A DNA stretch of 64,000 bases from the human T2T-CHM13v2.0 reference genome, Homo sapiens. Positions 58,277-64,000 of the stretch are shown in pieces. Within the stretch, counting starts at the first letter, position 1, and each line of letters opens with the position of its first letter. A program made the translations under genes and the position numbers. Location of the stretch: assembly GCF_009914755.1 (NCBI RefSeq), contig NC_060930.1. One strand, written 5' to 3'. The notes under the pieces are model-generated. The model did no database searches. It was not told the DNA's origin and saw nothing but the letters and a program-made list of their open reading frames with translations.

Positions 58277-59464
58277 AACATTAGCATAAATATTGCTCAG
58301 TGGTCAAAGGGGATGCCAAGGACACACATTTCCTCTGAGCACTAGAGGCTCCAACCCCACAGACCTAGGCCCAACCTTACCCTTTCATTTCCCCATCGCC
58401 TTTCCCCAGACTCCAAATCCAGCAGGAGGAAGTGTAGACGTGGGCCTCTGCAACATGTGAAAAAGCAGAAATCACAAACGCAGTGTTTTTCAGCAGGTGA
58501 TTTAGGCAACTCTTCATCAGGGAAAGGGCTGGAAGTAAGGCCACAAGCAGTGATCAATTGTTTGCTATTTGAAGGCAATTCAAAAAGAAAAAAAAATCCC
58601 CAAGTGAACGTTCCTTGGGTGACCAGTGTGCCACCTCTGCATAAGTCTATGAAATCAAAGGCCCTGGGACAGCCTCTAATATGGTAGCTTCATTCCAAGG
58701 AAGAGTTTAAAGCACAAAGAAGAGCTGTTCTAGTTAGTATGAGTCAGGGCTAAATGTTAAGTCTCCTGATGCTCACTGGGGCACACCATCTCTCAGCATT
58801 AGGTGCCAATACATAACATGCCAAATGGGTTTGATGTGAGAAAGGAAGTGTCTGCCTTATAGGAATCACTTGGCCTGCATCTACCCCAGGATTTCCAAGC
58901 CTCCCTTTGCCAGCACTGGAAACGCATTTTGAGAAATTGGAGTTGGGGCCAGAAAGCATTCTATTCCCATCACTGGAATCTGTGTGGCTTCTATTTGCAA
59001 CTCCAGTAGATGTGAAACTCTTAAAATGATTTTTTCCAGGGTAGGAAGGAACACAATGATGTCTTTGGCTAAACAGTGCCGGGCTACTGCACAGTTCAAT
59101 CCTGAGCTAAGTGAAGGGGGAAAAGTCCGGGGCACTAATCTGGCGTGACTGGCAGCACCCGATGGGGTAAGGAGGACAGATGAGAAGGGTAGGAGAGGAC
59201 TGGTGGGGATAGGGGAACAGGGAAGGGATGGAAAGGCCTGCTTCTGAAGGCTTGCATCTAACAGAAAAGGAAGGGAACCTCCCTGACTTACCATGCGGGA
59301 CCCAGGTAATTTTCATACTGGAAGCACAATCTACAAAATGCTTCCCTCCAACCCATCCCCATAGGTACAATTTTACCAAATAAAATCATTCATACTCACA
59401 TCCAAATTTGCCAATCTGAGCAAAATATAGTTAGTAACAAAGGAAGGCAATTTTCATATTTTAT

Positions 59465-60936
59465 CATTCATCATAGAAAAAAAGCTTTAATATTTTTTAA
59501 TTAAATACAGAAGAAAATTGTGTTGCCAGAGAGATTGTTTGCCTGCCTTTGAACAAATTAACAACACCTGTTTGCAAACAAAAGAATTTCCAGAATGGAG
59601 TCAAACCCTTTATTCTCTGTTCAGGACCCAGCCCATTCATGTCTTTTGTATACAGTATCAAACACATAGTAGGTGCTGAATAAGTATCTGCTGACTGAAT
59701 GGGGTGCCTCTTTTATCCCTATCCTTTATTTCCCAACCCTAAACTGGATCTTGATCCATGGGGAAAATATCCCCACCCATCCATTCCTAGAGTAGCCCTG
59801 TCTCTTTCAACAGTCTTTGATACATAACATTGGTTTAGAGACATATGCCTGAAGGGAAAAGAGGGAGGGTTTCAGGCAGAGAAAGAAACACACAAAGACA
59901 GGGCACAGAGACTAGGCAGAAACAAAAAGATCTAAGACAGAGAGAGAGAGTAACTGAAACACAGGTGCAGAGCGGGAACAACTGTGGGAGACAGGGACAG
60001 AAAAACCAAGTCAGAGAAACTTAAAACGCACACCATTGGAGATAAAGAGATAAAAGGGCTGGGCCAGAATGATCATCTTGAAGTTTCTACTCAGCTTTAA
60101 TGTTTTCTGATAGAGAAAATGGCAGAGAGAGAGGAAGACACGGCCTAAGCAGGAGGATAAAGAGACAAAGGAAGTTAGTAGAGGCAGAGGCAGCCAGCCA
60201 GGCGTGCCTAGCCGGGAAGCCTGGTCCTACCCCGGCCTCACACCCACGGGGATGGGCTCCCATGCCCACTTTCGGCTCCTACCTTAAGTCCAGCCACCCT
60301 CTTCCCCTACCCGCCCCTAAAGATCTCCAAACCACTCGGCAAATCAAATCCTCTCTCCCCAACATCCTCCGTGAAGCATTCTCGCTGCTCCAGCCCGCAC
60401 TCAGCTCTTCCCCTCTCAACTCCTAAAGCCACACCCACCTCCCCTAACCACAGGGCAGGGCTGTTTTCGAGTTTGCCCTTGGCTCCTATGAGCACATCTT
60501 GACTCCTGCAAAAGAACTGTGTGCTTGTCAGGGCTCCAGACCCTACCTCCTATATTCCAGTATTCTTCATGACACCAGCCCAATGCCCGGTCTTCCTAAG
60601 TGCTCAGTGAATACTTTAGGGCCTGACCGGCCCTAAAGTGCACGCGGGGACCGTGGCCGTCCCCTGGTCAGTTTGGCAGGCTGGCCACGCTGAGGCCATC
60701 TCCTGGGCTCCTGCGCCCTCTGCCGGCCAGGAGGGGACCCGCACGCGGGACAGCTCGCGGCCGGAAGGGCGCGCCTGCTGCTGGGAGGCTGGCGAGGACG
60801 CGGGCGGCCCTGGCACCGTCCGAGGGTTCTGGGAAGGGTGGTGGGCACAGCCAGGAACAGCTGCTGTGTTCCTCTTAGGCGTAGGAGAACAACCCCTCTC
60901 GCCCCTACACCTCCTCCGGCCCTGCCCGCTGGGCGC
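59465..60936 (-). other. UNC5CL: Probable UNC5CL 3' UTR
   Basis: Follows the stop codon; minus-strand poly(A) hexamers at 59725-59730 and 59609-59614 (AATAAA) and 59496-59501 and 59486-59491 (ATTAAA). The 3' end is inferred. Confidence 0.6.
59486..59730 (-). terminator. Cluster of candidate polyadenylation signals for UNC5CL
   Basis: tttaat twice and tttatt twice on the plus strand, 1.2-1.45 kb downstream of the stop. Confidence 0.5.
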
Positions 60937-61270
60937 TCAGAGCTTCTCGTCCAGCTCCAGGCCCTGGTTATCCCGGGCGCCCCCGCGCTCGGGGCCTGGG
61001 CTGCCGCCGTGTGTCCCACTCAGGTAGTTCTGGATGGCGGAGGCGCAGTCTAGCCGCTCCATGACGGTCATGAGGTAGTGCAGCTCCTGCAGGCTGCCGT
61101 TCTGCTCCTCAAACAACTCCAGGATGGCCGCTGCGGGGCTGCGCTGGCAGGACAGGAACCTGGCCCGAGGTAGGGGAGGAAGAGAAGGGTGTAGGAGCAG
61201 GGAGGGGCTCCCCCCCTGCTGCAGGCTCCCTGGGCTGCGCAGCGCAAGGTCCGTCCCTTCCCCATCCTGT
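60630..61270. promoter_or_regulatory. CpG-island-like region over the UNC5CL last exon
   Basis: High GC and dense CpG (cgcg, gcgcc, ccgcgctcgg) against a CpG-depleted background. Confidence 0.75.
60937..61159 (-). CDS. UNC5CL: UNC5CL last coding exon (death domain C-half and stop)
   Basis: Pyrimidine tract plus ccag acceptor; encodes [73 protein letters not shown] then TGA. Not present in the ORF track; found by manual translation. Confidence 0.95.
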
Positions 61271-61569
61271 AGCTTTTGTCCTTGTCCTGCTCTTGCCTGC
61301 CTTCCAGGGCACAGGAGGTGGGAAGCCCCAGGGCTTTGAAACTTGAGATTGTCCTGGCTTGGAGGCCAACTCTGACCCCTACTCCTCTCTAGGCTTCAGT
61401 TTCCTCTTATTAAGATGAGGGCTTAGACAAGAGGACCTCTAAGTTTGCTACAGTTCTGATGTTCTGTAATTGCCTTCTCTACCTCCCCCACTCCAAATAC
61501 ACCCCTAGCCTCCCCCTAGCCTCCTAACTCCCTCCTTCCTCCCTCTCTCCTAGGCCACAACATCCTGCT

Positions 61570-62172
61570 CACTACTAAGGAAACAGTTGCTGTAAACCAT
61601 GGCTTTTTATCACGACTCTCCCGTCCACTAAAACCTTCCAGAGTCTCTCACCTCCTAACCAGCCCACGCTCCATGAGCCTTTCTGGCTCATCCAGCACCT
61701 GGCCTTGCCCTGTCTTTATGCTTTCTCTCCTTTCTCCCATCCTGAACCCCCTTAGCTCAGGCCTCTCTCTTTCTCGCCTTGCACACACTACACCCACAGC
61801 CACCTCTGCTACTCCCCAAAACAAAATGGCTGATCTCTTCCCCATCACTTCCTCCCTGAAGCCCTTTCTAGTTCACCCCTCCCAGGTGGAAGAGAACATT
61901 CTGCATCCCTCAGTTCAGACTTCTGGTCATAACGCCCGCAGTTCATTATTATTCTTGCTTCAGCTGTTTTCTGTCTCTCTTCAATGTGTTATACAATACT
62001 GGATTCTTACAGGAAGGCACAAGGAACACTTGCCTTTATTTTTCAAGCTCTCTGAACCCTTTACTAGTGTGTGCGCTCCTAGGCGCCGGGACCATGCCTC
62101 ATTCATCTTGTATCATAGTGCTTAGCACAGTTTCCAGGGCATAATAGGTACTTGATAAATGTTTAAATGAAT
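61570..62172. mobile_element. L2 3' fragment in the last UNC5CL intron
   Basis: gcttagcacagtttccagggcataataggtacttgataaatgtttaaatgaatga terminus. Other L2 fragments near 22.2-23.35, 24.7-25.65 and 43.5-44.05 kb. Confidence 0.65.
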
Positions 62173-62191
62173 GATTTAAAAATCCACCCTG

Positions 62192-62452
<261 letters not shown>

Positions 62453-62951
62453 CTAGCCCCATCACCAGGATAAAGTCTTCCCTGACCGCTGCACTCATAG
62501 TGTAGTTTCTGGAGCTTAGCTCAGTATTCTCCTGCTTTCTGAGTTCCTTGACAGGGATCATGACTGCACTGTCACCATTATTGATAACATTTATTGAATT
62601 AACAAGTGTCAGGCACCCAGCTACATGCTTTACACACATTATCCTATAATCTGTCTTTCTCCTCCTCAGGGCATAGCATGGCAAGCACTCAACATGTACC
62701 AAATAACTTCCATGTTAATGGATTCACTGTTAAATGTTAATTGAGCACCTACTATGCACCAGGCATCATTCTAGGTACTGATGATACAGTGATTAATAGA
62801 GCTGCCCTTTTATGGGAAATAGGGTGGACAGTAGCCATTCTCTGACTTTTAAGTCACTCCCTTGCCTGTGATCCAGTCTCCAGAGTGTCCTGAGGAACCC
62901 CATTCCAGCCCACCCTCCTCTACCATCCACAGACCTCACCCCTCTTCCTAC

Positions 62952-63065
62952 CGGATCTTCATGCCGCAAAGCCCCAGGTGGGAGGCCAGTCCGCGCCAGT
63001 CATTGCCGGTGATGCTGTTTGGCTCCAATAACATCCGCAGCTGCTCAAAGAGCTCTGGGGGCAGC
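62952..63065 (-). CDS. UNC5CL: UNC5CL penultimate exon, N-terminal half of the death domain
   Basis: Acceptor ttttccctgcctaag, donor CG|gtagga; 114 nt encoding (R)[37 protein letters not shown](R), with the death-domain DW..LA..LG motif of UNC5-family proteins. Confidence 0.95.
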
Positions 63066-63218
63066 CTTAGGCAGGGAAAAGGGTGTTCTTGGAAGAAAGG
63101 GACAAACAGACCCACTCTGGTTCTCCCATATGCACCCTAAATGCTGTAGTCACCCTGTGGGTGCCAGGGTAGGAACCCAACATCCCCCAGGCAGCAGCCC
63201 AAGCAACCCCCGTCTCAC

Positions 63219-63319
63219 CTATTGCATGGGGGCGGCTGGGAAACAGGTGGTGGCGCTGCCCAGGATTCCTCCTCTGATGCCTGGAATCTGAGGATTTCCA
63301 TATACTTGGTCTCCAAGCC
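63219..63319 (-). CDS. UNC5CL: UNC5CL internal coding exon (third from last)
   Basis: Acceptor ttgactcag and donor AG|gtgaga flank 101 nt encoding [33 protein letters not shown](R); phase joins in frame to the next exon. Confidence 0.93.
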
Positions 63320-64000
63320 CTGAGTCAACACAGGGCAGGGAACACACTTAGGGGTCACAAGCCATCCCCCTGAGTAAGAAGCTGGAGTCCTACCTCCATT
63401 CCTCATGTCTCTCCTTCAGTCTGTCACTCAGAGCCACCTTACCAGGAGATACAACCCTGCTCCACCCAGCACCCTCTACCCACTGTCTCCCTGTGACTTC
63501 AGAACCGCACCTTCAGCCTTATGTTTGCCCCTGAGCTCTTTGGGAACTGGGACATGAAGACCAGAGTGCAGCCTGAGCCACCAGGGGAAGTCCTGGGTGG
63601 GGCCGTGGAGCAGTGGGAGGTCATCCAACCATAGAGACACTGATCTCAGCCATATGTGTACCTTCCTCCATTCCAACCTTCCCTTCCTCTTCTCCAAGTG
63701 ACAACAGGGTATCTGCCTGCCCTCCACTAAGGTGCCACTATGGTTCCCCAAAGACTCTCAACTCCGATTTCTTCGCATCTTCCCTTGGTGCAGCAGGAGA
63801 GGAGAGATACCTAACTCCCAGCCTGCCTACTCAAGACCCTCTTCCTGGTCACTTCCCACACTGAAAATACAAAACATCATCTCTCAAATCCCACACTGAA
63901 GATACCAAACATCATCTCTCAAATGTAGACAATCAGCCTAGAAAGAAACCATATCAACTTGATGCCCCAGTTCTCTGAGTTGGGAGAAGGGGTTAAACTA

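Noticed and set aside
60616-61369. Overlapping GC-rich ORFs around the UNC5CL last exon
   Set aside because: Alternative frames of a stop-poor CpG island; the real frame is the spliced UNC5CL exon.

Overview
Human or great-ape genomic DNA, repeat-rich and mostly intergenic. The only supportable protein-coding gene is the 3' end of UNC5CL on the minus strand: three spliced exons (63219-63319, 62952-63065, 60937-61159) encoding the death domain and C-terminus, plus a probable 3' UTR. From recall this places the window at 6p21.1, on the LRFN2 side of UNC5CL. The rest is a nested L1 complex (3.8-14.2 kb, with a near full-length L1PA13-like element inside an L1PA16-like one), about 11 Alus, MaLR/ERVL LTRs, DNA transposon fossils, MIR/L2 and a CR1/L3 RT fossil. 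Nearly all ORFs in the supplied track are repeat-derived or chance. Two oddities are not explained by these features. (1) A ~355 bp block at 4250-4606 interrupts an old L1 and holds a perfect 16-bp hairpin whose loop is an exact copy of sequence 1.9 kb upstream. (2) A block near 51.5-51.7 kb is a two-orientation patchwork of 35.09-35.18 kb. Both fit templated insertion or non-native sequence as well as function. I cannot demonstrate a new biological system from the sequence alone. Repeat subfamily names are from recalled consensus similarity and their boundaries are approximate.
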